Part shown: in pieces, positions 16,637-25,650 of the stretch | Layout of the letters: every line of letters begins with the position of its first letter | Position numbering within the stretch: position 1 is the first letter of the stretch | Virus genome (UHGV): UHGV-0288412 | DNA from: a virus | Reading direction: 5' to 3' (one strand) | Length of the DNA stretch: 27,321 nt | The notes under the pieces: model-generated | The model's database searches: none | What the model was told of the DNA's origin: nothing | What the model saw: only the letters and a program-made list of their open reading frames with translations | Translations under genes and position numbers: made by a program

Positions 16637-17059
16637 TTAAAAACGCGCTAGATAAGAAAATTTAAGGCTAAGTGTCCCAACGATACCCCCATCACTAGAA
16701 TCATCGTCATAATCGGTATTAGAAGCTACTGGAGTGATATCTGAAATAGAGAAGCCCAAATCTTTAAAACGTGGGTTATCTGGCTGAATCTGGATTATCT
16801 GGCAAATACCCTCATGGATTTTGGTTTCATGAATCTGAGAATACAATTGCATTTCGATAACGCATTCAGCTTGCATTGCATTACCACCACGGACCCTATT
16901 GTAAGTCTCATTCATTCCGGTAATCCAACAAACCACATCATCACTAAAGCCTTGCTGAGTTTGTTCTACGTTTAAAGCCAGACCTAAATCTTGTTCGATA
17001 ATATCCTGCAAGGCGCGTTTGATTTTCAGTCTCGGCATATTATTAACGGTAGCGAGCAT
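16637..17059 (-). CDS. Tail terminator protein, lambda gpU-like (140 aa)
   Basis: VVCWITGMNETY...AECVIEMQLY...DYDDDSSDGGIVGTLSLKFSY parallels recalled lambda U (AVAVYLTGAEY...AELHIEVFL...DYRRDDDAGLWSSADLTYVITYE); position upstream of the V-like gene. Confidence 0.5.
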   Translation of the reverse strand: MLATVNNMPRLKIKRALQDIIEQDLGLALNVEQTQQGFSDDVVCWITGMNETYNRVRGGNAMQAECVIEMQLYSQIHETKIHEGICQIIQIQPDNPRFKDLGFSISDITPVASNTDYDDDSSDGGIVGTLSLKFSYLARF

Positions 17060-17333
17060 GTGTACCCCCTGCTAAAGTGATAAAGCAATCAGTTGTATTG
17101 TCACCATTGCGCTTAACGTATTGAACTTTGAAACGCTGGTTTTCTACTGTGACAATATCACCTTGCTTTAAGTCTCCCTCACGACAAAATAGAAATTCGG
17201 TTTCTGTCATTACCCCTGATTCGTCGGTAGTAGTAATTTCATGATAAGCACGAATTGATTTACCACCTTCCACCGAAAATACAGGAGCACTTCGGAACAT
17301 TCTTGATAATTGTGATTCTGATAATTTGAACAT
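17043..17333 (-). CDS. Head-tail joining protein, lambda gpFII-like (96 aa)
   Basis: FLFCREGDLKQGDIVTVENQRFKVQYVKRNGDNTTDCFITLAGG parallels recalled lambda FII (LFVRTDEVRQLRRGDTLTIGEENFWVDRVSPDDGGSCHLWLGRG); first gene after the capsid terminator. Confidence 0.45.
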   Translation of the reverse strand: MFKLSESQLSRMFRSAPVFSVEGGKSIRAYHEITTTDESGVMTETEFLFCREGDLKQGDIVTVENQRFKVQYVKRNGDNTTDCFITLAGGTHARYR

Positions 17334-17363
17334 AGTTACCCCCTTTATGGAGTATTTACATAC

Positions 17364-17390
17364 AAAAAAGCCCCACCGTTAGGCAGGGCT
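17364..17390 (-). terminator. Rho-independent terminator (copy B)
   Basis: Minus strand AGCCCUGCC-UAAC-GGUGGGGCU followed by UUUUUU; near-identical to copy A at 11528-11558. Confidence 0.7.
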
Positions 17391-17395
17391 AATTA

Positions 17396-17524
17396 TTATT
17401 CTTTAGTTTTACGTTGTTTTTTAACTGTGGCTTTCGCCGTAACCTCTTGAACTTCTTCTTCCTGAGATGGAATCAGATTTTCTTCCCCCAAATCGGGGGA
17501 AGGTTCAGAAGGTTCTACGCTAGT
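17396..17524 (-). other. In-frame 42-codon extension after the UGA stop of the capsid gene (candidate readthrough product)
   Basis: After UGA (17525-17527) the same frame reads TSVEPSEPSPDLGEENLIPSQEEEVQEVTAKATVKKQRKTKE before UAA UAA; verified codon by codon. Confidence 0.55.
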
Positions 17525-19531
17525 TCATTCAGCGGAGATGTGAAGAACTTTCAGAGCTTCCGGCTGAGTAACAACATAATCCAGGTCTACCCAGATACGC
17601 GGAACAATTGCGGACTGTGCACGGTAGGTCGTGTCGTCCATATCCAATTCCAGACCGCCCCACTCACCGATAGTAATACCGGAGAAGTCACCCAGAACGA
17701 TGTGGTCTGCCGGAATAACGCCAGAAGTAACTACATCGTAACCAGCCAGTTTGCCGTTTTCGATGATATAACCGGAAACGCCGTTATCTTTCAGGGTAGA
17801 TTCCAGTTCAGCAGCAGTTGCACCGCTCATCGCAAACTTGATCGCCTGAGCAGGAACGCCAGCGTCAGTCAGTGCTGCAATTTCTTTCAGGAAGTCTTTG
17901 TAAGAGAAAGCGGCTTTCTTAGTAACGCGACCACCGTCTACCAGTTGTTTAACCAGACCAGCCGGACCGCGAGCATTTTCTTTATCAGACAGAATCAGTT
18001 GTTCCAGTTTGATGCGAACAGCTTTGTTAATGTGATCAGTGATCAGGGTAGCGATGCCCGGAACAGTTTTCAGCGACTGACGGCTGATCGGGTTGCCACC
18101 AGCAAAAGTTTTCGGAGACAGTTTCACGTTCGCAAATTCAGCTTTGCTTTCCGGTGCAGCACCGTTTTCATCAACGAAGCCGAAAGCGTCAACGCTGGAA
18201 GCGGTCATTTTTGGAATAGCGGTCGGAGCATTCAAGCCACTGTAAACAGTCACACCGAGGCGGCCTAAAACACTCTGAGGCAACAGCATTTCTACATAGG
18301 ATTCGGTCAGCAGTTTTTCGTCGGTGATAGCAGTCAGATCGGCTTTGGTGTTACCAGCAGCAGCAGCACGCATAGCAGCAGCCGGAACGAATACAGAGCC
18401 ACCGCGAGCAGCACGACCACGCTGCATAGTTGCAGTAGCAGCCATTGCGGAATATTCAGCTTCGTTAGCACCCAGAGCAGCACCATCTACCAGAGAGCGA
18501 ATTACGTTGTTCAGGTCAAAAGTTTTTTCCATGATTTGTTCCTTATTAATTTGTTCGTTATTACGTTGAGCATTGGTAATGTTATTTAGTGCCTTAGTGC
18601 GGAATGCTTCCGGCGTCATGTCTTTAATTGCCAATGCGCGTTTTAATTCTTCGTCGTCAATATTTAGTTCCCGCGCGATCTCGCGGATTTCTAATTCGTC
18701 TTCTTCGGAACGTTCAGCCACTTCCTCGGTTTTTTCTTCTTCAACCGGAACGGCTTCACGTTCTTCTTTTACTTCTTCTGTTTCCCGAACAGTTGAACTA
18801 TCATCATCAACACTTTCAGGATGTTCAGCGTCTTTTCCGTCTTCGAGATTTTCATTTTCTTTATTCTCTTCAACTTGGCGCTCTTGAGTTTCTTCAACTT
18901 CCGATTCTTTATTTTCTTCTACCGGAGTTTCTTCAACCTGAGCGGATTCTTGTTCTTCTTTGATTTCTTCAATTTGTTCTTTAGTCATATCGCGTTTAGC
19001 CTCCAAATTAACTGTGATAGTATTTAGAGAGCGATTTAAACCGACCGTATCGTCTGCGGGAACGGTGACAAATGAGAGTTCATAGGGTGCCCACTTAGTA
19101 ACAATCAATTGCCCTTTGGCGTAATCGATGTGATATTCTTTAATGTCATAGCCGACAGAAATTTTTTCCATCGTACCTTCAATGACTTTATTACGAATAT
19201 CATTAGCCATAGTCCCATGCTTGGAGAACTTAACCAGAGCACGACCTACGTTATCCGCATCGATTCGAGCGTTACAAACGACACCAATGTGATTATCGAA
19301 ATTGTGATTGAACAGCAACGGAGCGTTATTATTCAGACGAGACAGATCAACCGCTTCCGGTGTATGTACCAGAATTTCATCTAATACCACCATTTCTTGA
19401 TTTTGCTCATCCCAGAATTGGCGCTGATAAGGCTGTTCACTGGAGAAAGCAATTTCAAATTCGTATTGATCGTTATGCCCTTCGTTAATAACTCCACCGT
19501 AACCGTTAAGATCGCGGCGAAATTTAAGCAT
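17525..19531 (-). CDS. Fused prohead protease (HK97/S78-type) - scaffold-like acidic linker - major capsid protein (668 aa), ending at UGA
   Basis: N-terminus PLLFNHNFDNHIGVV...GRALVKF...ISVGYDIKEY fits the S78 prohead protease pattern (catalytic His and Ser); central Glu-rich coiled-coil (EEIKEEQESAQVEETPVEENKESEVEE...); C-terminal ~370 aa capsid-like; follows the portal gene; AGGTGA Shine-Dalgarno. Confidence 0.8.
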   Translation of the reverse strand: MLKFRRDLNGYGGVINEGHNDQYEFEIAFSSEQPYQRQFWDEQNQEMVVLDEILVHTPEAVDLSRLNNNAPLLFNHNFDNHIGVVCNARIDADNVGRALVKFSKHGTMANDIRNKVIEGTMEKISVGYDIKEYHIDYAKGQLIVTKWAPYELSFVTVPADDTVGLNRSLNTITVNLEAKRDMTKEQIEEIKEEQESAQVEETPVEENKESEVEETQERQVEENKENENLEDGKDAEHPESVDDDSSTVRETEEVKEEREAVPVEEEKTEEVAERSEEDELEIREIARELNIDDEELKRALAIKDMTPEAFRTKALNNITNAQRNNEQINKEQIMEKTFDLNNVIRSLVDGAALGANEAEYSAMAATATMQRGRAARGGSVFVPAAAMRAAAAGNTKADLTAITDEKLLTESYVEMLLPQSVLGRLGVTVYSGLNAPTAIPKMTASSVDAFGFVDENGAAPESKAEFANVKLSPKTFAGGNPISRQSLKTVPGIATLITDHINKAVRIKLEQLILSDKENARGPAGLVKQLVDGGRVTKKAAFSYKDFLKEIAALTDAGVPAQAIKFAMSGATAAELESTLKDNGVSGYIIENGKLAGYDVVTSGVIPADHIVLGDFSGITIGEWGGLELDMDDTTYRAQSAIVPRIWVDLDYVVTQPEALKVLHISAE

Positions 19532-19576
19532 TTAATCACCTTTAATTAATTGGGGGCATTGCGCCCCCGTTGGTTA

Positions 19577-21088
19577 TTAGGGATCGGCTGGGGAATTTTT
19601 TTCTTCACCCTCGCCATTAACGATAATATTTAGTGCGCTCTTTTCGGCTTGAATCTCTGAGAATACTTTTTCAGGATCATCACCACGTTCCAATATAACG
19701 GCAGTACGTGATTTAAGTCCGTTATCAATTAAAGCAATCTCGGCGCTTACGTCTTTAAATGGATCGACGGATTCAAAACGCGGACGAATAATAGTAGTGT
19801 TATCGATAATATGTGGAATTGCAGTAATACGAATCGGAACAACACCACGCGCGGAATAATGGCGTAGATATGCTTCGAAAATGGGCGACACCACTGTTTC
19901 AATCAATTTGTTTTGCAGTGCTTTAACTCGTGTGCGCTGGGTTAATTCACCGAAACGTGCGGCTGAGTAGTTGATCTGGCTAGTGTCACCAGTCAAGCCC
20001 TGTTTAAACACGCCTAAGCCCATTGATACGCTAGTAAACATCGCATCATTGAAGCTGTTAAAGTCATCACCGCTTTGCGTCGCCTGGATGCTCTTGATCG
20101 TTGCCCCTTCCGGTAATTCCTGAATAGTACCAGGTGCAAAATCCTGTACTACTTCCGGCGCTTGATATTGTTCATCATCTTCACCAGTATCAAAATCGTC
20201 ACCAGAATCTTTCGGACGCTCGATAAAGCCCATAGAGCTAGCTGCAATGCGTTTCTGGATAATTGCAGTTTCGCGGAATGCGTCTTGATGTGCGATATCC
20301 TTAATCACTGGCAGGAAGTCAGTCACACCACGCAGGGATTCGGCGGTAAGCGGTTGATAATAATGACATACTTGCGATGCATCTACGCGATAGTTATCAC
20401 CTGTGTAAGTCTGAGTCAGTAGGTTGATTTTACGAAACCAGTATGCAACAGGGCGCATTGTGTTCACGTCATACTCCACACCTTGATATATCGCACGCTC
20501 TTTGCTTATTTCACGGTTTAGCGACCAGTCGCATTTATCAGCAGACAGGATAGAAACATTTAACTCATTGTTTTCTTTAGTTAAAACGATGAAACACTCA
20601 CCACCCATAACGCGCTCACGTTCAGCCATTACCAGCAATTCACGGAAGTTAAAACGACCATTGCGAGAGAAGCGTTTAGCATTCTGCGCCCACTTCCAGA
20701 AAGCATTCTCGATCTGCTTATTCAGTGCGCTATCAAGTTTTCCATTTGGTTTAACAACTGACGGCTTCGGATCTAGGCCAGTACCTACCACCATATCGGT
20801 GATGTATTGCGTGTAGCGACTGCCTACGGAAGTGTTTAAGGCCAGAGTACGACCCTGATCATAAAGGCGCTTACCATTCGATTTGAGAGCCTTATTGAAG
20901 GTTCCTGTAATGGTGTCTTGTTGAAGTGATCCATCAATACGATCACCAACCAGTCCTAAACTACGAGTCGCCAGAGATTTCTGGAATTTTTCTACTTGCT
21001 TATCGATGAAAATTTTTGGTTGTTGCTGGCGGTGATTAGTTTTAACTGGAGTTTCTACCGCCTTTTTGCGTCGAAAAAGATTAAACAT
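19577..21088 (-). CDS. Portal protein (503 aa)
   Basis: Size and position between large terminase and protease/capsid gene; acidic C-terminus; assignment is by synteny and size rather than a specific motif. Confidence 0.7.
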   Translation of the reverse strand: MFNLFRRKKAVETPVKTNHRQQQPKIFIDKQVEKFQKSLATRSLGLVGDRIDGSLQQDTITGTFNKALKSNGKRLYDQGRTLALNTSVGSRYTQYITDMVVGTGLDPKPSVVKPNGKLDSALNKQIENAFWKWAQNAKRFSRNGRFNFRELLVMAERERVMGGECFIVLTKENNELNVSILSADKCDWSLNREISKERAIYQGVEYDVNTMRPVAYWFRKINLLTQTYTGDNYRVDASQVCHYYQPLTAESLRGVTDFLPVIKDIAHQDAFRETAIIQKRIAASSMGFIERPKDSGDDFDTGEDDEQYQAPEVVQDFAPGTIQELPEGATIKSIQATQSGDDFNSFNDAMFTSVSMGLGVFKQGLTGDTSQINYSAARFGELTQRTRVKALQNKLIETVVSPIFEAYLRHYSARGVVPIRITAIPHIIDNTTIIRPRFESVDPFKDVSAEIALIDNGLKSRTAVILERGDDPEKVFSEIQAEKSALNIIVNGEGEEKNSPADP

Positions 21089-21098
21089 GATTTACCCC

Positions 21099-21596
21099 TT
21101 ATCGCGTAAGACGTAATTTGATATTTTTAATCGGGCTAATTCCCTGTTTACGTCGTTCGGCTTGAATTAATTTAGATAACTGACGTTCATAATCGACTTT
21201 TAGAGTCTGGAGAACACCCAATGACTCATAAACGAAAGTATTCCCTTTCACTGTCATTTGAGATAATGCGGCTTCGTCCCCAGATAAACGGGCGAAAATA
21301 ACTTGCTCGATTAAGACGATAGTTTCCCGCAGATATTCTTTTTTGGATTGTTTGGCGAATACTGGTAAAACAGTTAATTCCTGCATTGATATCAGTTCTT
21401 CTTCCAAAGTTATTACGATGGTATATTTACCTTCGGCAAAATCTAAGGTTTTAATCTCGTGATTAGCCGGAGTATCATCAACCTGATAAATGATACCTTT
21501 ATTACTATTTCCTACCTGAATTGTTACACCCTCTTCATTCGCCAGCGTGATTTTTTCGCCTTTACGAATTACTAAGGGAATTAGTTCTAAACTCAT
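21099..21596 (-). CDS. Hypothetical protein (165 aa) between terminase and portal
   Basis: Clean ORF in the gpW-equivalent position but larger than lambda W; no motif recognised. Confidence 0.4.
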   Translation of the reverse strand: MSLELIPLVIRKGEKITLANEEGVTIQVGNSNKGIIYQVDDTPANHEIKTLDFAEGKYTIVITLEEELISMQELTVLPVFAKQSKKEYLRETIVLIEQVIFARLSGDEAALSQMTVKGNTFVYESLGVLQTLKVDYERQLSKLIQAERRKQGISPIKNIKLRLTR

Positions 21597-21668
21597 AATT
21601 ACCCCTTATTTAATTGTTATTGGATTAACAATATTTAGGAGTAAGCCGCCCCGAAGGACGGCGAGTTA

Positions 21669-23573
21669 TTAGAACGATGTTATCCAGCTACGGCCTCTAT
21701 TTGGACGTCTGACGATGTTTTGACGTTGTGGTCGTGTGATTGGCTTATTTTCTTCGATTTGCTCGTCAGATTGCGATTTAGGAGCTTCTACGGGTTCTTC
21801 TGGTTCACGGTTCAAACTATCTTTGATGGCTTCGAGTTTTTCCCATGACATTTTATTGAGTACATGGCGAGAAGCAGCATAGGAATAAGCCAGGCAGTCG
21901 AGAGCCTCGTTTCGTTGCTGACCAACTTTTACCCAACGTGTGGTATTACCCTGCCGTTTCAACTGTTCAGAAAGCAATTGCTCGCAATAGTCATCAGGAA
22001 CGTCACCAATCTGGAAGACAGTGTGAGGATCGCCATCTCTCAAGTTCCGGTTAATCATTTCACGGATCATCGTTTTAAGGTTGTTTACGCCCAGAATTTT
22101 AAGGGTAAAACCACCCGTTCTTGTGTCTTTTACCGGAAGGATTGGTGCATCAACATTGCTTGCGCCTTTAATGGCGCATAGATTTTGCCACCTAGTGCAA
22201 AAGCGGTAGATCACTTGCGTAGCTCGTCCGTTTGATGAGTCCACGAAAGCGGATAGCATCGGGATTCGTTGACCGGATCGGGTATAGAATTTTGCTTTCA
22301 GGAAGTTGTAAAGCTGGTCATATGCTGGTGATTCGTGGCGTTCGCAGTTCACATCATAGAATGATCGGTGATCAACTACGCATAGACCTTTACGAGAAAT
22401 ACCCAGCAAGGTAGATTCCAGACGGTCTTTTTGCTGGTCAACTCCACCTACCAGAGCCAGTACATCATCAGGAATATTGTCTAGGCTAATATCAGTTTTC
22501 AGCGTTTCCAGTTCGTCGGCTGTGCGGTCTTCGTTAAGATCATCGAAGGTTTCACCGAGGACTGTATTGTAGAACGTTGCCAGGGACATATTCGCGTAGC
22601 TATCAGCAAAGTCCACCACACACGCACGGATAGAACTAAACGGAGACATAAGGCGGTTAGCATGAAAACCGATTACTTCCGCATTTGGTTCGGTGGCGAC
22701 CCATTCTCCCTTAGCAACAGCACGTAGGCGATCCCCTTCGGTCCAGTCGGTTTCACATTCAGGACAACGATAAACGGCTGTATCTGGGTTGGGTAATGAT
22801 TTACCGTTAATCGTATGCCAATCGAAATGTACGTTACTCCATTCCATTACGTGCTTGTGTCCGCAATGCTGGCAAACGACATGATATTTTCTCTTATCCG
22901 AGAGTTCCCATTGTTGGTTAATCGCCCCATCACGAGCGGTTGGAGTGGAAGCAATTACGATCCTTGCATCTTCCCCGAAAGTGGTTGCGCGTTGTTCCGC
23001 TAGCTGGATCGGGTTCCCTTCGTCTGACTCATCAGCCGCATCAACTTCATCAAGAATAATCAAAGGGAGTGTTTTACCGCGAAGATGTGACGGACTATTC
23101 AACGACATGAAATACATAAACGATCCGTTACGAAGCTGAATAATCGATGAGTTGTTAACGGCATTGCGATCTGATTTGTCGGTGATCATCGCCTTTAATT
23201 CTGGCGTTGCCTCTAATACTGGCTTCACCTTACCAGCGATCCAAGAATTTAGTTCCCTAACGTTACTTTGCAACACCCCGATATTAGTAGGGTTACTCGC
23301 GATCCGATGGAAGATAATTCCGTTAAGAATCATGGTCTTACCCAACTGTGCCGAACATTTAAACACAATTTTTCTACGGTCTTCGGTGATCGCGTCCATC
23401 ATTCCACGTTGGAAGGGATGCAATTTAATTAGCGATCCGGCTTTAACACCATCGGTAGCAACTACATTAGCCTCTACCCATTCGCTAGGTTTCATGGCTT
23501 TAGGTGGACGAATTGCAGCAGAGATATTTTTAAGAATCTTTTTTAATTTGGCCTTGTTCGAAATCAGTTTCAT
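21669..23573 (-). CDS. Terminase large subunit, lambda gpA-like (634 aa)
   Basis: Walker A-like SAQLGKTM and Walker B-like LIILDEVD in the N-terminal ATPase; CQHCGH...CPEC zinc-ribbon-like motif; acidic nuclease-like C-terminal half; first gene of the structural operon. Confidence 0.8.
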   Translation of the reverse strand: MKLISNKAKLKKILKNISAAIRPPKAMKPSEWVEANVVATDGVKAGSLIKLHPFQRGMMDAITEDRRKIVFKCSAQLGKTMILNGIIFHRIASNPTNIGVLQSNVRELNSWIAGKVKPVLEATPELKAMITDKSDRNAVNNSSIIQLRNGSFMYFMSLNSPSHLRGKTLPLIILDEVDAADESDEGNPIQLAEQRATTFGEDARIVIASTPTARDGAINQQWELSDKRKYHVVCQHCGHKHVMEWSNVHFDWHTINGKSLPNPDTAVYRCPECETDWTEGDRLRAVAKGEWVATEPNAEVIGFHANRLMSPFSSIRACVVDFADSYANMSLATFYNTVLGETFDDLNEDRTADELETLKTDISLDNIPDDVLALVGGVDQQKDRLESTLLGISRKGLCVVDHRSFYDVNCERHESPAYDQLYNFLKAKFYTRSGQRIPMLSAFVDSSNGRATQVIYRFCTRWQNLCAIKGASNVDAPILPVKDTRTGGFTLKILGVNNLKTMIREMINRNLRDGDPHTVFQIGDVPDDYCEQLLSEQLKRQGNTTRWVKVGQQRNEALDCLAYSYAASRHVLNKMSWEKLEAIKDSLNREPEEPVEAPKSQSDEQIEENKPITRPQRQNIVRRPNRGRSWITSF

Positions 23574-23658
23574 GTAATTACCCTCATTACGAAATATGAA
23601 GGTATTTATTAAATTGTTGATATTTTGATAAATACGGGTATTAATTAAAGGGGGTTGT

Positions 23659-24264
23659 ATGCTAATTAATCAGCAAGAAAGAGATGAAGTAGAATTAGCC
23701 TTGTCTTGTTGTACCGATCATGAATATCGTTTGCCAGTTAAGCATAAGCATTTAAAAACCGACTACACTACATCTGGCTTTAGTCGTGAGGAAGCGAAAG
23801 AGATTTTAATAGAATTTTACCGCGATAATGGGTATACAGATATCCATAACTTCTTTAAGAAGCATAGAACATCACATACAGAGTTCCAGAGAGTCCGAGA
23901 TTGGTTTGATTTTGATATCAAGCGTTATTATCGAGTGGATGACGGTCCTATCTATCGGTTGCAGTGGAAGCCGATCCGAGAAGTGTTGAAACAGAAGAGA
24001 TTGAATCACGCAATTACACGCTATCGCAACGAGGCTTTCAAGAAAGGCTATGGTGATACAAGGGAACTATTCGTTGAACTCGCTAACGTGCGTTATAGCC
24101 ACTATTACAACGATCCTAAAGGGTTCTTTGAAGTGCTTCGCAAGGTTGATATAAGTCGGGGTACATACTATTCACGGTTGAAGAAGTACGGGATTAAGGC
24201 AGAGTTCTTTATGAGTATTGACGATGGAGAACTTTTTCCGATAAAATGTAAGTCCTCTAAATAA
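23659..24264 (+). CDS. Hypothetical protein (201 aa), divergent from the terminase gene
   Basis: Plus-strand ORF with GGGGG Shine-Dalgarno; rich in Tyr/Arg/Lys; no motif recognised. Confidence 0.45.
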   Translation: MLINQQERDEVELALSCCTDHEYRLPVKHKHLKTDYTTSGFSREEAKEILIEFYRDNGYTDIHNFFKKHRTSHTEFQRVRDWFDFDIKRYYRVDDGPIYRLQWKPIREVLKQKRLNHAITRYRNEAFKKGYGDTRELFVELANVRYSHYYNDPKGFFEVLRKVDISRGTYYSRLKKYGIKAEFFMSIDDGELFPIKCKSSK

Positions 24265-24292
24265 AGGTGAACATTCACTTTAATTTGGAGAA

Positions 24293-24526
24293 ATGACTAT
24301 GACTACTAAAGCTACTCGCGGTCGTCCTGCCCGTTTTACCCGTGAACAGATGGCTGATATTGCCTATGCTTACTATACAGCGGATCGTGGTAAGGAAGCG
24401 AAAGAACAGATTCTTAGTGAACATGGGATCTCAATCGCCCAATTCTATAAGAATATGAAGAAGTTAGACATTAAATTCTATGTTCAGATCGGTGATGGTC
24501 AGATCGTAGAAGCAACAGGTTTTTGA
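24293..24526 (+). CDS. Small putative DNA-binding protein (77 aa)
   Basis: N-terminal TRGRPARFTREQMADIAYAY resembles an HTH or AT-hook-like DNA-binding segment; followed by a canonical terminator; a small-terminase or regulator role cannot be separated. Confidence 0.4.
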   Translation: MTMTTKATRGRPARFTREQMADIAYAYYTADRGKEAKEQILSEHGISIAQFYKNMKKLDIKFYVQIGDGQIVEATGF

Positions 24527-24541
24527 GTTTTGATTCTCTTT

Positions 24542-24565
24542 GCCACTCTTCGGAGTGGCTTTTTT
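24542..24565 (+). terminator. Rho-independent terminator for the plus-strand gene pair
   Basis: GCCACTC-ttcg-GAGTGGC followed by TTTTTT. Confidence 0.75.
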
Positions 24566-24667
24566 GTATGTAAAACAATCGGCGCAAAACTGCGCTCATC
24601 TCTAAGTCATTGATTCTTTCGAAATTCTGTATTGCAGGTTTTCGGCGAAAAACTCCAGATACAAAAA

Positions 24668-24686
24668 GCCCCTGAAATTCAGGGGC
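24668..24686 (-). terminator. Hairpin terminator downstream of the Rha-like gene; built from an inverted pair of the TTCAGGGGC motif
   Basis: GCCCCTGAA-a-TTCAGGGGC flanked by A/T runs on both sides; shares the motif of the window-end repeats. Confidence 0.55.
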
Positions 24687-24694
24687 AAAAATTA

Positions 24695-25546
24695 TTACAG
24701 TCCGAAGTGTTCCAGTGATCCAGCATTCTGACGAATCAGCAAAGCAGTATTATTGACGATTGCTCGTGAGTTATTCGGCTGTGGCAATTTCAAAGTTGCG
24801 GACTTTTCTTCTTCAAGCAATCCGAGTTTTACGAGATGCGGGATAGCATCAGCAGTGAACTCGATCTGACCGTGTGCCGACATACGAGCGAACATATAGC
24901 CAGGAGGAAGCAGATCATAGCCGTTAGGCTTACCAGAAGCATCCAGACGACGCTCAAGAACACCAGCAGTACATAACCCTTTCAGAATCATTTGTACCTT
25001 TGTAGAGCCTCGTTTTTCGCCTAATAAGCGGGTTAGACTGTGCGCGTCGATGGCTTTACGGATATGAAGATCAACCAATTGTTGTTTTTCTTGAATCAGT
25101 TGTTCTTTTTCTTCTTCAAGTTTAACCGCTTCGCGCATCCAATCGAGCTTAGTCATCTTGCTTGCATCTGGGAACGGGCTTTTATTCTCTTCTTCTTTCT
25201 TTAAAAGTTCATTTTCGAGATAATTCCAACGCTCTACTAATTTACGAGTCATTTCAGGTACGTTTTGAGCAATAAGAACAATGGAATCCAATCGCCCTTG
25301 CTTACCGGAAAAAACATAATCTTTAACTGTCTGGTTTCTGTGGTTTTTAACTTCCTCCATTGGAGGGAGTTTCACAACACCTTGATTAACAAGGCGATGT
25401 AAACTACGTTCGATATTATCAAAACGTACCCCAATAAATTCCGAAATTTCACGCAAAGTCATTCGAACATCGGAATAATCTTCGTTTGCAGCTACCGGAG
25501 AAGCAAAGAAAGTCGGTGCAGTATTCATAGTTTTAACAGTATTCAT
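24695..25546 (-). CDS. Rha-family regulatory / anti-repressor-like protein with C-terminal KilA-C-like region (283 aa)
   Basis: N-terminus VRMTLREISEFIGVRFDNIERSLHRL resembles the Rha domain signature as I recall it; central coiled coil; AAGGGG Shine-Dalgarno. Confidence 0.55.
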   Translation of the reverse strand: MNTVKTMNTAPTFFASPVAANEDYSDVRMTLREISEFIGVRFDNIERSLHRLVNQGVVKLPPMEEVKNHRNQTVKDYVFSGKQGRLDSIVLIAQNVPEMTRKLVERWNYLENELLKKEEENKSPFPDASKMTKLDWMREAVKLEEEKEQLIQEKQQLVDLHIRKAIDAHSLTRLLGEKRGSTKVQMILKGLCTAGVLERRLDASGKPNGYDLLPPGYMFARMSAHGQIEFTADAIPHLVKLGLLEEEKSATLKLPQPNNSRAIVNNTALLIRQNAGSLEHFGL

Positions 25547-25650
25547 AGTAAGATTCCCCTTAATTAACGGTTTTGCGATTTAATCCTCCTGTTTTTAACT
25601 GTCCACACGCCAACGGCGCGCGGAACAATTTTATTTATAATAGAAATTTA

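Noticed and set aside
17414-18268. 284-aa plus-strand ORF antisense to the capsid gene and its extension
   Set aside because: Fully contained in the strongly supported minus-strand capsid gene; Phe/Arg/Ser-rich translation looks non-protein-like.
18573-19027. Plus-strand ORFs (104, 111, 68 aa) opposite the scaffold-like acidic region
   Set aside because: Antisense to a GAA-rich coding stretch, which yields Ser/Phe/Leu-rich shadow ORFs; no Shine-Dalgarno.
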